Assembly: GCA_026770705.1 (NCBI GenBank)
Contig: JANJGN010000052.1
Location: 2,790,001 to 2,854,000, forward strand
Direction: 5' to 3'
From: Isurus oxyrinchus
Lineage: Eukaryota
DNA length: 64,000 nucleotides
Shown here: positions 1 through 13,406 of the stretch, in pieces
How the letters are laid out: every line of letters begins with the position of its first letter
How positions within the stretch are numbered: the first letter of the stretch is position 1
Program-made: the position numbers and the translations under genes
Notes under the pieces: generated by a model
Database searches by the model: none
Seen by the model: the letters and a program-made list of their open reading frames with translations, nothing else
What the model was told of the DNA's origin: nothing

Positions 1-549
1 GAGAGATTGTGTTTCTGAGAGAGAGAGAGAGAGCAGTAGAGTGCGATAGAGAGAGATTGTAAATGTTAGAGAGAAAATGTGTGTGTGAGAGAGAGAGATA
101 GAGCAGAAGAGTGTGATAGAGAGAGATTGTGAGTGTTAGAGAGAGAATGTGTGTGTGTGAGAGAGAGAGATAGAGCAGAAGAGTGCGATAGAGAGAGATT
201 GTGTTTGTGAGAGAGAGAGAGAGAGCAGTAGAGTGCGATAGAGATTGTGTTTGTTAGAGAGAGAATGTGTGTGTGAGAGAGAGAGATAGAGCAGAAGAGT
301 GCGATAGAGAGAGATTGTGAGTGTTAGAGAGAGAATGTGTGTGTGTGAGAGAGAGATAGAGCAGAAGAGTGTGATAGAGAGAGATTGTGAGTGTTACAGA
401 GGGAATGTGTGTGTGTGAGAGAGAGATAGAGCAGAAGAGTGTGATAGAGAGAGATTGTGAGTGTTAGAGAGAGAATGTGTGTGTGTGAGAGAGAGAGAGA
501 TAGAGCAGAAGAGTGTGATAGAGAGAGATTGTGAGTGTTAGAGAGAGAA

Positions 550-581
<32 letters not shown>

Positions 582-3500
582 CAGAAGAGTGTGATAGAGA
601 GAGATTGTGAGTGTTAGAGAGAGAATGTGTGTGTGTGAGAGAAAGAGAGATAGAGCAGAAGAGTGTGATAGAGAGAGATTGTGAGTGTTAGAGAGAGAAT
701 GTGTGTGTGTGTGAGAGAGAGAGAGATAGAGCAGAAGAGTGTGATAGAGAGAGATTGTGAGTGTTAGAGAGAGAATGTGTGTGTGAGAGAGAGAGATAGA
801 GCAGAAGAGTGTGATAGAGAGAGATTGTGTTTGTGAGAGAGAGAGAGAGAGAGCAGTAGAGTGCGATAGAGAGAGACTGTGTTTGTTAGAGAGAGAATGT
901 GTGCGTGAGAGAGAGAGATAGAGCAGAAGAGTGCGATAGAGAGAGATTGTGAGTGTTAGAGAGAGAATGTGTGTGTGTGAGAGAGAGATAGAGCAGAAGA
1001 GTGTGATAGAGAGAGATTGTGAGTGTTACAGAGAGAATGTGTGTGTGTGAGAGAGAGATAGAGCAGAAGAGTGTGATAGAGAGAGATTGTGAGTGTTAGA
1101 GAGAGAATGTGTGTGTGAGAGAGAGAGAGAGATAGAGCAGAATAGTGTGATAGAGAGAGATTGTGAGTGTTAGAGAGAAAATGTGTGTGTGTGTGAGAGA
1201 GAGAGATAGAGCAGAGGAGTGTGATAGAGAGAGATTGTGAGTGTTAGAGAGAGAATGTGTGTGTGTGAGAGAGAGAGATAGAGCAGAAGAGTGTGATAGA
1301 GAGAGATTGTGAGTATTAGAGAGAGAATGTGTGTGTGTGTGTGAGAGAGATAGAGCAGAAGAGTGTGATAGAGAGAGATTGTGAGTGTTAGAGAGAGAAT
1401 GTGTGTGTGATAGAGAGAGAGATAGAGCACAGGAGTGTGATAGAGAGAGATTGTGAGTGTTAGAGAGAGAATGTGTGTGTGTGAGAGAGAGAGATAGAGC
1501 AGAAGAGTGCGATAGAGAGAGATTGTGAGTGTTAGAGAGAGAATGTGTGTGTGTGAGAGAGATAGAGCAGAAGAGTGTGATAGAGAGAGATTGTGAGTGT
1601 TAGAGAGAGAATGTGTGTGTGAGAGAGAGAGAGATAGAGCAGTAGAGTGCGATAGAGAGAGATTGTGAGTGTTCGAGAGAAAATGTATGTGTGTGCGAGA
1701 GAGAGATCGAGCAGAAGAGTGTGATAGAGAGAGATTGTGTTTGTTAGAGAGAGAATGTGTGTGTGAGAGAGAGAGAGAGAGCAGTAGAGTGCGATAGAGA
1801 CAGATTGTGAGTGTTAGAGAGAGATTGTGTGTGTGTGTGAGAGAGAGATAGAGCAGAAGAGTGTGATAGAGAGAGATTGTGAGTGTTAGAGAGAGAATGT
1901 GTGTGTGTGTGAGGGAGAGATAGAGCAGAAGAGTGTGATAGAGAGAGATTGTGAGTGTTAGAGAGAGAATGTGTGTGTGTGTGAGAGAGAGATAGAGCAG
2001 AAGAGTGTGATAGAGAGAGATTGTGAGTGTTAGAGAGAGAACGTGTCTGTGTGTGAGAGAGAGATAGAGCAGAAGAGTGCGATAGAGAGAGATTGTGAGT
2101 GTTAGAGAGAGAATGTGTGTGAGAGAGAGAGAGAGATGGAGCAGAAGAGTGTGATAGAGAGAGATTGTGAGTGTTAGAGAGAGAATGTGTGTGTGTGTGT
2201 GAGAGAGAGAGACATCGAGCAGAAGAGTGTGATAGAGAGAGATTGTGAGTGTTAGAGAGAGAATGTGCGTGTGTGAGAGAGAGAGATAGAGCAGAAGAGT
2301 GCGATAGAGAGAGATTGTGAGTGTTAGAGAGAGAATGTGTGTGTATGTGAGAGAGAGAGATAGAGCAGAAGAGTGTGATAGAGAGAGATTGTGAGTGTTA
2401 GAGAGAGAATGTGTGTGTGTGTGAGAGAAAGATAGAGCAGAAGAGTGTGACAGAGATTGTGAGTGTTAGAGAGAGAATGTGTGTGTGTGTGAGAGAGAGA
2501 TAGAGCACAGGAGTGTGATAGAGATTGTGAGTGTCAGAGAGCGAATGTGTGTGTGTGTGTGAGAGAGAGAGATAGAGCAGAAGAGTGTGATAGAGAGAGA
2601 TTGTGAGCATTAGAGAGAGAATGTGTGTGTGTGAGAGAGATAGAGCAGAAGAGTGTGATAGAGAGAGATTGTGAGTGTTAGAGAGAGAATGTGTGCGTGT
2701 GTGAGAGAGAGAGAGAGAGCAGAAGAGTGCGATAGAGAGAGATTGTGAGTGTTAGAGAGAGAATGTGAGTGTGAGAGAGAGAGAGATAGAGCAGAAGAGT
2801 GTGATAGAGAGAGATTGTGAGGGTTAGAGAGAGAATGTGTGTGTGTGAGAGAAAGAGAGAGAGATAGAACAGAAGAGTGTGATAGAGAGAGATTGTGAGT
2901 GTTAGAGAGAGAATGTGTGTGTGAAAGAGAGAGAGAGAGAGCAGTAGAGTGCGATAGAGAGAGATTGTGTTTGTTAGAGAGAGAAGGTGTGTGTGAGAGA
3001 GAGAGAGAGAGATAGAGCAGAAGAGTGTGATAGAGAGAGATTGTGAGTGTTAGAGAGAGAATGTGTGTGTGTGTGAGAGAGAGAGAGATAGAGCAGAAGA
3101 GTGTGATAGAGATTGTGTGTGTTAGAGAGAGAATGTGTGTGTGTGTGAGAGATAGAGCAGAAGAGTGCGATAGAGAGAGATTGTGTTTGTGAGAGAGAGA
3201 GAGAGAGCAGTAGAGTGCGATAGAGAGAGATTGTGTTTGTTAGAGAGAGAATGTGTGTGTGAGAGAGAGAGATAGAGCAGAAGAGTGCGATAGAGAGAGA
3301 TTGTGAGTGTTACAGAGAGAATGTGTGTGTGATAGAGAGAGGGATAGAGCACAGGAGTGTGATAGAGAGAGATTGTGAGTGTTAGAGAGAGAATGTGTGT
3401 GTGTGAGAGAGAGAGAGAGCAGAAGAGTGCGATAGAGAGAGATTGTGAGTGTTAGAGACAGAATGTGTGTGTGTGAGAGAGAGATAGAGCAGAAGAGTGC

Positions 3501-5174
3501 GATAGAGAGAGTTTGTGAGTGTTAGAGAGAGAATGTGTGTGTGTGTGAGAGAGATAGAGCAGAAGAGAGCGATAGAGAGTGATTGTGAGTGTTAGAGAGA
3601 GAAGGTGTGTGTGTGAGAGAGATAGAGCAGAAGAGTGTGATATAGAGAGATTGTGAGTGTTAGAGAGAGAATGTGTGTGTGTGAGAGAGAGAGAGATAGA
3701 GCAGAAGAGTGTGATAGAGAGAGATTGTGAGTGTTAGAGAGAGAAAGTGTGTGTGTGTGAGAGAAAGATAGAGCAGAAGAGTGTGATAGAGATTGTGAGT
3801 GTTAGAGAGAGAATGTGTGTGTGTGTGAGAGAGAGATAGAGCACAGGAGTGTGATAGAGATTGTGAGTGTTAGAGAGAGAATGTGTGTGTGTGTGTGAGA
3901 GAGAGAGATAGAGCAGAAGAGTGTGATAGAGAGAGATTGTGAGTGTTAGAGAGAGAATGTGTGTGTGTGAGAGAGAGATAGAGCAGAAGAGTGCGATAGA
4001 GAGAGATTGTGAGTGTTAGAGAGAGAATGTGTGTGTGAGAGAGAGAGAGATAGAGCAGAAGAGTGTGATAGAGAGAGATTGTGAGTGTTAGAGAGAGAAG
4101 GTGTGTGTGTGAGAGAGAGAGAGATAGAACAGAAGAGTGCGATAGAAAGAGATTGTGAGGGTTAGAGAGAGAATGTGTGTGTGTGAGAGAGAGAGAGAGA
4201 GATAGAGCAGAAGAGTGTGATAGAGAGAGATTGTGAGTGTTAGAGAGAGAATGTGTGTGTGTGAGAGAGAGAGAGAGAGATAGAGCAGTAGAGTGCGATA
4301 GAGAGAGATTGTGTTTGTTAGAGAGTGAAGGTGTGTGTGTGAGAGAGAGAGAGATAGAGCAGAAGAGTGTGATAGAGAGAGATTGTGAGTGTTAGAGAGA
4401 GAATGTGTGTGTCTGAGAGAGAGAGAGAGCAGAAGAGTGCGATAGAGAGAGATTGTGTTTGTGAGAGAGAGAGAGAGAGCAGTAGAGTGCGATAGAGAGA
4501 GATTGTAAATGTTAGAGAGAAAATGTGTGTGTGAGAGAGAGAGATCGAGCAGAAGAGTGTGATAGAGAGAGATTGTGTTTGTTAGAGAGAGAATGTGTGT
4601 TTGTGAGAGAGAGATAGGGCAGAAGTGTGTGATAGAGAGAGATTGTGAGTATTAGAGAGAGAATATGTGTGTGAGAGAGAGAGAGAGATAGAGCAGAAGA
4701 GTGTGATAGAGAGAGATTGTGAGTGTTAGAGAGAGAATGTGTGTGAGAGAGAGAGAGATAGAGCAGAAGAGTGTGATAGAGAGAGATTGTGAGTGTTAGA
4801 GAGAGAATGTGTGTGTGTGTGTGAGAGAGAGATAGAGCAGAAGAGTGTGATAGAGAGAGATTATGAGTGTTAGAGAGAGAATGTGTGTGTGTGAGAGAGA
4901 GAGAGAGATAGAGCAGAAGAGTGTGATAGAGAGAGATTGTGAGTGTTAGAGAGAGAATGTGTGTGTGTGTGTAAGAGAGAGATAGAGCAGAAGTGTGCGA
5001 TAGAGAGAGATTGTGAGTGTTAGAGAGAGAATGTGTGCGTGAGAGAGAGAGAGATAGAGCAGAAGAGTGTGATAGAGAGAGATTGTGAGTGTTAGAGAGA
5101 GAATGTGTGTGTGTGAGAGAGAGACATCGAGCAGAAGAGTGTGATAGAGAGAGATTGTGAGTGTTAGAGAGAGA

Positions 5175-5209
<35 letters not shown>

Positions 5210-7586
5210 CAGAAGAGTGCGATAGAGAGAGATTGTGTTTGTTAGAGAGAGAATGTGTGTGTGTGAGAGAGAGAGAGAGATAGAGCAGAAGAGTGTGATA
5301 GAGAGAGATTGTGAGTGTTAGAGAGAGAAAGTGTGTGTGTGAGAGAGAGATAGAGCAGAGGAGTGTGATAGAGAGAGATTGTGAGTGTTAGAGAGAGAAT
5401 GTGTGTGTGAGAGAGAGAGAGATAGAGCAGAAGAGTGTGATAGAGAGAGATTGTGAGTGTTAGAGAGAGAATGTGTGTGTGTGAGAGAGAGATAGAGCAG
5501 AAGAGTGTGATAGAGAGAGATTGTGAGTGTTAGAGAGAGAATGTGTGTGTGTGTGAGAGAGAGATAGAGCAGAAGAGTGTGATAGAGAGAGATTGTGAGT
5601 GTTAGAGAGAGAATGTGTGTGTGTGAGAGAGAGAGATAGAGCAGAAGAGTGCGATAGAGAGAGATTGTGAGTGTTAGAGAGAGGATGTGTGTGTGTGAGA
5701 GAGAGAGATAGAGCAGAAGAGTGCGATAGAGAGAGATTGTGTTTGTGAGAGAGAGAGAGAGAGCAGTAGACTGCGATAGAGGGAGATTGTGTTTGTTAGA
5801 GAGAGAAGGTGTGTGTGTGAGAGAGAGAGAGAGCAGAAGAGAGCGATAGAGAGAGATTGTGTTTGTTAGAGAGAGAATGTGTGTGTGTGAGAGAGAGAGA
5901 GAGCAGAAGAGTGTGATAGAGAGAGATTGTGAGTTTTAGAGAGAGAATGTGTGTGTGTGAGAGAGAGAGATAGAGCAGAAGAGTGCGATAGAGAGAGATT
6001 GTGAGGGTTAGAGAGAGAATGTGTGTGTGTGAGAGAGAGAGAGCAGAAAAGTGCGAGAGAGATTGTGAGTGTTAGAGAGAGAATGTGTGTGTGTGAGAGA
6101 GAGATAGAGCAGAAGAGTGTGATAGAGAGAGATTGTGTTTGTTAGAGAGAGAATGTGTGTGAGAGAGAGAGAGAGACAGAGCAGAAGAGTGTGATCGAGA
6201 GAGATTGTGAGTGTTAGAGAGAGAATGTGTGTGTGAGAGAGAGAGAGAGATAGAGCAGAAGAGTGTGATAGAGAGAGATTGTGAGTGTTAGAGAGAGAAA
6301 GTGTGTGTGTGTGAGAGAAAGATAGAGCAGAAGAGTGTGATAGAGATTGTGAGTGTTAGAGAGAGAATGTGTGTGTGTGTGAGAGAGAGATAGAGCACAG
6401 GAGTGTGATAGAGATTGTGAGTGTTAGAGAGAGAATGTGTGTGTGTGTGAGAGAGAGAGATAGAGCAGAAGAGTGTGATAGAGAGAGATTGTGAGTGTTA
6501 GAGAGAGAATGTGTGTGTGTGAGAGAGAGATAGAGCAGAAGAGTGCGATAGAGAGAGATTGTGAGTGTTGGAGAGAGAATGTGTGTGTGAGAGAGAGAGA
6601 GATAGAGCAGAAGAGTGTGATAGAGAGAGATTGTGAGGGTTAGAGAGAGAATGTGTGTGAGTGAGAGAGAGAGAGAGAGATAGAGCAGAAGAGTGTGATA
6701 GAGAGAGATTGTGAGTGTTAGAGAGAGAATGTGTGTGTGTGAGAGAAAGAGAGAGATAGAGCAGTAGAGTGCGATAGAGAGAGATTGTGTTTGTTAGAGA
6801 GTGAAGGTGTGTGTGTGAGAGAGAGAGAGAGATAGAGCAGAAGAGTGTGATAGAGAGAGATTGTGAGTGTTAGAGAGAGAATGTGTGTGTCTGAGAGAGA
6901 GAGAGAGAGCAGAAGAGTGCGATAGAGAGAGATTGTGTTTGTGAGAGAGAGAGAGAGAGCAGTAGAGTGCGATAGAGAGAGATTGTAAATGTTAGAGAGA
7001 AAATGTGTGTGTGAGAGAGAGAGATCGAGCAGAAGAGTGTGATAGAGAGAGATTGTGAGTGTTACAGAGAGAATGTGTGTGTGTGAGAGAGAGAGAGAGA
7101 TAGAGCAGAAGAGTGTGATAGAGAGAGATTGTGAGTGTTAGAGAGAGAATGTGTGTGAGAGAGAGAGAGATAGAGCAGAAGAGTGTGATAGAGAGAGATT
7201 GTGAGTGTTAGAGAGAGAATGTGTGTGTGTGTGTGAGAGAGAGATAGAGCAGAAGAGTGTGATAGAGAGAGATTGTGAGTGTTAGAGAGAGAATGTGTGT
7301 GTGTGAGAGAGAGAGAGAGATAGAGCAGAAGAGTGTGATAGAGAGAGATTGTGAGTGTTAGAGAGAGAATGTGTGTGTGTGTGTGAGAGAGAGATAGAGC
7401 AGAAGAGTGCGATAGAGAGAGATTGTGAGTGTTAGAGAGAGAATGTGTGTGTGAGAGAGAGAGAGATAGAGCAGAAGATTGTGATAGAGAGAGATTGTGA
7501 GTGTTAGAGAGAGAATGTGTGTGTGTGAGAGAGAGACATCGAGCAGAAGAGTGTGATAGAGAGAGATTGTGAGTGTTAGAGAGAGA

Positions 7587-7619
<33 letters not shown>

Positions 7620-8975
7620 CAGAAGAGTGCGATAGAGAGAGATTGTGTTTGTTAGAGAGAGAATGTGTGTGTGTGAGAGAGAGAGAGAGATAGAGCAGAA
7701 GAGTGTGATAGAGAGAGATTGTGAGTGTTAGAGAGAGAAAGTGTGTGTGTGAGAGAGAGATAGAGCAGAGGAGTGTGATAGAGAGAGATTGTGAGTGTAA
7801 GAGAGAGAATGTGTGTGTGATAGAGAGAGAGATAGAGCACAGGAGTGTGATAGAGAGAGATTGTGATGTTAGAGAGAGAATGTGTGTTTGTGAGAGAGAG
7901 AGAGAGCAGAGGAGTGTGATAGAGAGAGATTGTGAGTGTTAGAGAGAGAATGTGTGTTTGTGAGAGGGAGAGAGAGCAGTAGAGTGCGATAGAGAGAGAT
8001 TGTGAGTGTTAGAGAGAGAATGTGTGTGTGTGAGAGAGAGAAAGAGCAGAAGAGTGTGATAGAGAGAGATTGTGAGTGTTGGAGAGAGAATGTGTGTGTG
8101 TGAGAGAGAGAGATAGAGCACAGGAGTGTGATAGAGAGAGATTGTGAGTGTTAGAGAGAGAATGTGTGTTTGTGAGAGAGAGAAAGATGGAGCAGAAGAG
8201 TGTGATAGAGAGAGATTGTGAGTGTTAGAGAGAGAATGTGTGTGTGTGTGAGAGAGAGATAGAGCAGAAGAGTGTGATAGAGAGAGATTGTGAGTGTTAG
8301 AGAGAGAATGTGTGTGTGTGAGAGAGAGAGATAGAGCAGAAGAGTGCGATAGAGAGAGATTGTGAGTGTTAGAGAGAGGATGTGTGTGTGTGAGAGAGAG
8401 AGATAGAGCAGAAGAGTGCGATAGAGAGAGATTGTGTTTGTGAGAGAGAGAGAGAGAGCAGTAGACTGCGATAGAGGGAGATTGTGTTTGTTAGAGAGAG
8501 AAGGTGTGTGTGTGAGAGAGAGAGAGAGCAGAAGAGAGCGATAGAGAGAGATTGTGTTTGTTAGAGAGAGAATGTGTGTGTGTGAGTGAGAGAGAGAGCA
8601 AAAGAGTGTGATAGAGAGAGATTGTGAGTTTTAGAGAGAGAATGTGTGTGTGTGAGAGAGAGAGATAGAGCAGAAGAGTGCGATAGAGAGAGATTGTGAG
8701 GGTTAGAGAGAGAATGTGTGTGTGTGAGAGAGAGAGAGCAGAAAAGTGCGAGAGAGATTGTGAGTGTTAGAGAGAGAATGTGTGTGTGTGAGAGAGAGAG
8801 ATAGAGCAGAAGAGTGTGATAGAGAGAGATTGTGTTTGTTAGAGAGAGAATGTGTGTGAGAGAGAGAGAGAGACAGAGCAGAAGAGTGTGATCGAGAGAG
8901 ATTGTGAGTGTTAGAGAGAGAATGTGTGTGTGAGAGAGAGAGATAGAGCAGAAGAGTGTGATAGATAGAGATTGT
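1..8975 (+). repeat. Tandem satellite, ~68-72 bp unit GAGAGAGATAGAGCAGAAGAGTGTGATAGAGAGAGATTGTGAGTGTTAGAGAGAGAATGTGTGTGTGT with variable (GA)n/(GT)n tracts
   Basis: Directly visible, roughly 130 copies; runs off the left edge of the window. Confidence 0.97.
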
Positions 8976-9242
8976 GAGGGCTAAACTCACTGAGAGAAAA
9001 AGCTGGACACCCAGCACAGCGAGTGAGGGAACAATCAATTTTTGCCGTGTTTGGTGAATCGGTTTGCGATGTCCCTTCTCAATCTCTCCTTCCTTGTCTT
9101 GACATTAGTTTATTCCCTGGGGCTGTTTAATTCCCTGAAAGGTGCCATTTAACCACAAGTTGTTGCTTGAGGAAGAAACGCTGGGGACAATTTCTGAAAA
9201 AGTCTCTGTGTTTATCATTTCCATTTAGATGAGGAACTGAAG

Positions 9243-9288
9243 ATGGGAGAGGTCGGTCTGATATTGATCTTCATCAGCTTGCTGCCAA
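9243..9288 (+). pseudogene. Siglec-like gene A1, leader exon (MGEVGLILIFISLLP, phase 1)
   Basis: ATG, hydrophobic stretch, GT donor at 9289; phase fits the V exon at 10109. Confidence 0.7.
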
Positions 9289-9544
9289 GTACAAATTCAT
9301 TACTGATCGGAACTCAGGGAATTGGATTCTTTCCTGGAATGAGGAAGTGAACATTTAATTTTAGAGAACAGGGTTAGTGATCACACAGAGAGTGAGCGAA
9401 TAGCGAGTCAGAGAATATAGCAAAAGCAAAAGCCTCATACGGACTCGAAACACCAACTCTGTTTCTCTCTCCACAGATGCTGTCAGACCTGCTGAGTTTT
9501 TCCAGCATTTTCTGTTTGTGCATCAGAGAGCTTGTTTCAATAGG

Positions 9545-10070
9545 AATGACAGTGCATTTATATAGCACCTTTAATGCAGTCAAACATCCTTATTGCTTCA
9601 CAGGATTCCCCCACAAGGGGTAACATCCCCTCAGCATCCACCCTGTCAAACCCCCCACCACCTCAGAATCTTATATGTTTCAATAAGATCACCTCTCATT
9701 CTTCTAAACTCCAATGGATACAGGGCCCAACCTGCTCAACATTTCCTCATAAGACAAACCCCCTTCATCCCAGGAATCAGCCCAGTGATCCTCCTCTGAG
9801 CTGCCTCCAATGCAGAGTCTATCCCTCCCTAAGTAAGGAGACCAGAACTGTACACACTGCTCCTGATACAATCTCACCAACGCCCTGTACAGTTGTAGCA
9901 AGACTTCCCTCCTTTTATACTCCATCCCTTTGCAATAAAGGCCAACATTCCACTTGCCTTCCTCATTCCGTGCTGTTCCTGAATGCTGACTTTCTGTGAT
10001 TCATGTACAAGGACACCCAGATCCCTCTGTACCGCATTCTGCTGCCTCTCTGCATTGAAGTAATATTCTG
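9545..10070 (-). mobile_element. CR1-type LINE 3' fragment
   Basis: ORF 9704-9925 (EYKRREVLLQLYRALVR...CVQFWSPYL) is the typical CR1 ORF2 C-terminus. Confidence 0.85.
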
Positions 10071-10108
10071 CTTTTTGATGTCCTGTCTCTTCCCTTGTTG
10101 CCTTTCAG

Positions 10109-10398
10109 GAGTGACGTCAGAGGGATGGTCTATGAAGGCGCTACCTCGGAGGGCCATCAGCAGCTCTTGTGTGGTTATTCCGTGTAGCTTTGAGTTTCCT
10201 TCCCACTCTTACACAGCACTGCACGGAGCTTGGTATAAATATTGGTATAGATGGAAATATACCATCACATACACCAAAGATTCCAATTATGGGGTGGCCA
10301 CATTCGTGGGACGTGCTAAAATAATCGGCGACTTGGAAGTGAAGAATTGTTTGGTGAGGATTGACAGTCTCAGAGCTGAAGACAGTGACGTGTATTAC
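10109..10398 (+). pseudogene. Siglec/MAG-like V-set exon A1, 3'-truncated by Gypsy sequence
   Basis: tttcAG acceptor; SSCVVIPCSFEFP..HGAWY..GRAKIIGDL..NCLVRI..EDSDVYY, then an abrupt switch to gag-like sequence. Confidence 0.85.
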
Positions 10399-11750
10399 AC
10401 CCAATTCTAAATCTTTTCACCAATTAGTCGTCCTCATGAAGATGTATTTTCAGCTGAAGCCGTGGGTAATAATGCAGAGGTTTAAGTTTAACTCCAGAGT
10501 AAGGGCCCAGGGAGAGTCCATCGCAACCTATACAGTGAAGTGGAAGCAGGTGACTGAGCACTGGGACCTCGGAGACACACTCAATGACATGTTGCGGGGC
10601 CGATTGGTTTGTGCCGTTCACCCCAACGCCATTCAGAGCCGTTTACTCGCAGAAGCCGACATCGATTTGAAGCGCACCATGGAAATAGCGCCAGGCATGG
10701 AAAGTGCTGGGAGAGACTGGCGGGATTTACAGGATGTACAACATGGCGCCAGTCCTCAGCTGGGACAGGAACCAACCACCGGGCGTGAGGCTCAAACTGG
10801 AGAGAGAGAGAGAGAGAGAGACAGCCGCCAAGCGAGAGACAGTCTCTGCCGCTCCAGAAACTAAAAGGCTTCGTGGGAGTATTTCAGCAGCAACTCCGAA
10901 GTTGGCCTGTTCTCGATGTGGGGGGCATTGAGCTCGTACCGGACACCTGCAGGTTCAAGGGGGCAGAAAGCCATCACTGCCACAAGAAAGGGGCGGGTAA
11001 TAAAGCAATGCAGGGTGAAATCGAGACAGCCCATCAGGCAGTGCACCAACATGATGGAAGTGAATAATATCACAGAGCCTGAAGCTGCTGATACCGATGT
11101 CTATTCCCTGTCCAATGTCACAGTGGTAAAAACTGAACCTATAACCATCACAACCCAAGTGAATGGGCAGCCACTAGTAATGGGGCAGATACGGGAGCCT
11201 CAGACACAGTGGTGGAAGAGCCCACATTTAAACAGCTAAATGAAGGAACCCAGACGCTGAATTTAGAGCAAACAATGGATCAGCTGAAGACACACACTGG
11301 AGAATCCATACAGGGAAAGGACCTCATCCCAGTACCTGTGTCCTACAGGCAGCAGACAGCCCAGCTTCCAGTGATCATAGCGACAGGTGAGGGCCCTAGT
11401 CTTCTGGGCCGAGACTGGTTCCAGAAAACCAAGCTCAGCTGCTCTGAAATGTTTCACTGGAGGAGTTGCTGAGTTGCTGGGGGAATATGAGAGTGTATCT
11501 CGGAATGAGTTTGAAGAATTGAAGCATCCTCACAGGCTGCAAGTGTCCCTCAGGTCAGAGTTGGTTCCACTGGAAAATCCTGAAGAGAAAGAAAGCGAAT
11601 TCTGTGCCGCTCTGAGCAAACTGAAGAAACAGTTGGCAGGGAAGACCCAACCATGTCCAATGTTCCAGGAGGAAGGCAAGAGATACAAGGAAGAGACTGA
11701 AGAGCTGAAGATTCAGCTGAATGAAACCAAAGAGGCAGTTACAGTATCAC
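10399..11750 (+). mobile_element. Degenerate Gypsy LTR retrotransposon internal fragment (gag-protease)
   Basis: QRFKFNSR..GESIATY..LNDMLRGRLVC, a degenerate CxxC zinc knuckle and GEGPSLLGRDW; frameshifted. Confidence 0.85.
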
Positions 11751-11759
11751 AACAATTTT

Positions 11760-12176
11760 ACAGAGCAGAAGGAGGCCATTCAGCCCGTCGAGCCTGTTAC
11801 ACAGGAACAGGAAGAGGCCCATTCAGCCCCCTCGAGACTGTTACACAGGAACAGAAGGGGGCCATTCAGCCCATTGAGCCTGTTACACAGATACAGGAAG
11901 AGGCCATTCAGCCTCCTCAAGACTGTTACACAGGAACAGGAGCAAGCCCATTCAGCCACTGATGTCTGTTACACAGGAACTGGAGGAGGCCCATTTAGCT
12001 CCTCAAGCCTGTTACACAGGAACTGGAGGAGGCCCATTCAGCCCCCTCGAGCCTGTTACACAAGAACAGGAGGAGGCCCATTCAGCCCCATTGAGCCTGT
12101 TACACAGAAAAAGGACGAGGCCCATTCAGCCACTGATGCCCGTTACACAGGAACAGGTGGAGGCCATTCAGCCCCT
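11760..12176 (+). repeat. ~43-bp minisatellite (GAGCCTGTTACACAGGAACAGGAGGAGGCCCATTCAGCCCCTC)
   Basis: Tandem copies visible. Confidence 0.9.
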
Positions 12177-13406
12177 TGTAGGGTGTGGTGGTGTGTGTCC
12201 GCTTCACCTGCGACTTCTGAGCCGTCTGAATCGCTCCCACTCCCTGGGTTCTAGACCTTGGACTTATTCGGGGCTTGTCACAAAGTGCAGCAGACAACTG
12301 GTTTTGGTGCAAGACAAAAACTGAGTTTACTGAAGTCACAAATGAACTTCTAACATTAGGATGACACTGAGATTATACAGACTTACAAAGTACACTGAGT
12401 TAAGAATAGGGAACACATGGCATAACGAGGGAGAATCACGCTACTAATGCCCTTACCCTTGTCCCACCCCCCATCCCTAACTAAATTGCACTAGGAGAGG
12501 TCAGGGGTCACGCTCACCAACCCAGGGTTCCTTGACAGGTGGAAATCCAGCCAGGTAAGCCGGTTGCAGTTTTGGGGGATGCTCTTAGTGTCCTCTGGGG
12601 CCTGTCATCCCCACGTGGTCCTGGTCTGTGGAATCTGTGAAGGGTCTTCAGTTGGGTGGATGGCGCGGTTGTGGGTGGTCGATCTTCATGGAGGGCAGCG
12701 GTTGTGGCCTTGTATCTTCGGTTGAGCCTGCCACCCCGTGCCCCTCACCGTGATGTTGCCTGTGGGCCTGCAAACCTCCAGATCTCCTTGCTTAAACTCT
12801 GTTTCAACCGCTCCCAACTGCTCACTGCCCTGTGTCAGCTTTCAACACTGCAACCCTTCTGCTGGCTGGTTTCTCTCCCAACTGACTGCCCAGTTATACT
12901 GCCTTTCGAGTTTCTTATCGCAATCCAAATCAAGGTTCGTTCTTTGTTTGTCTTTGGTGGGCTTCCCCAGGTGATTGATGTCTCGTTGTTGTTAATGGGC
13001 TCGCATGATGTTTATCATTGTCTTCCTGCCCAGTAACTAGTTTTGAACTGAAAGCCATTGTATGTGTGGAGTATTGATGGGTTCGCATAATTAAATTGCC
13101 GGCCTCAGAAGTTAGGAGCGATTATTGATGCAAGATTTAGATGGGCTTCAGTTGCGTGTGAAGTGAAGTCTTTCTCTGGGTTGATTGTATTAAAGGGAAG
13201 AATGCGTATTCTGTCTCCTCTCGTTGTCTGGTTTCAGGCCAAACATTCCACACTGCTCTCAATAAGCCCGGACATGTGCAGCCCCAGGCCTTCATGGGCC
13301 CAGCCTCCTGTCTGCAGGGTTTTCCACTTAACTCAGCAGTTTAAAGGTGCAAAAGTGATATCCTTGTTGATGATATGGAAAATGTGGGAATTTTGAGAAC
13401 CCTTAA
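12177..13406. mobile_element. Putative solo LTR-like element
   Basis: Termini TGTAGGG...CCCTT(A/C)A; the right-arm copy reads TGAAGGG...CCCTACA. No matching TSD. Confidence 0.4.

Noticed and set aside
1170-9038. ORFs in the satellite (LSLTHTHS..., ERERMCV...)
   Set aside because: Low-complexity translation of the tandem repeat.
10003-10864. Functional Siglec-gag fusion protein
   Set aside because: The V frame stops at 10410; the gag frame is different and degenerate.
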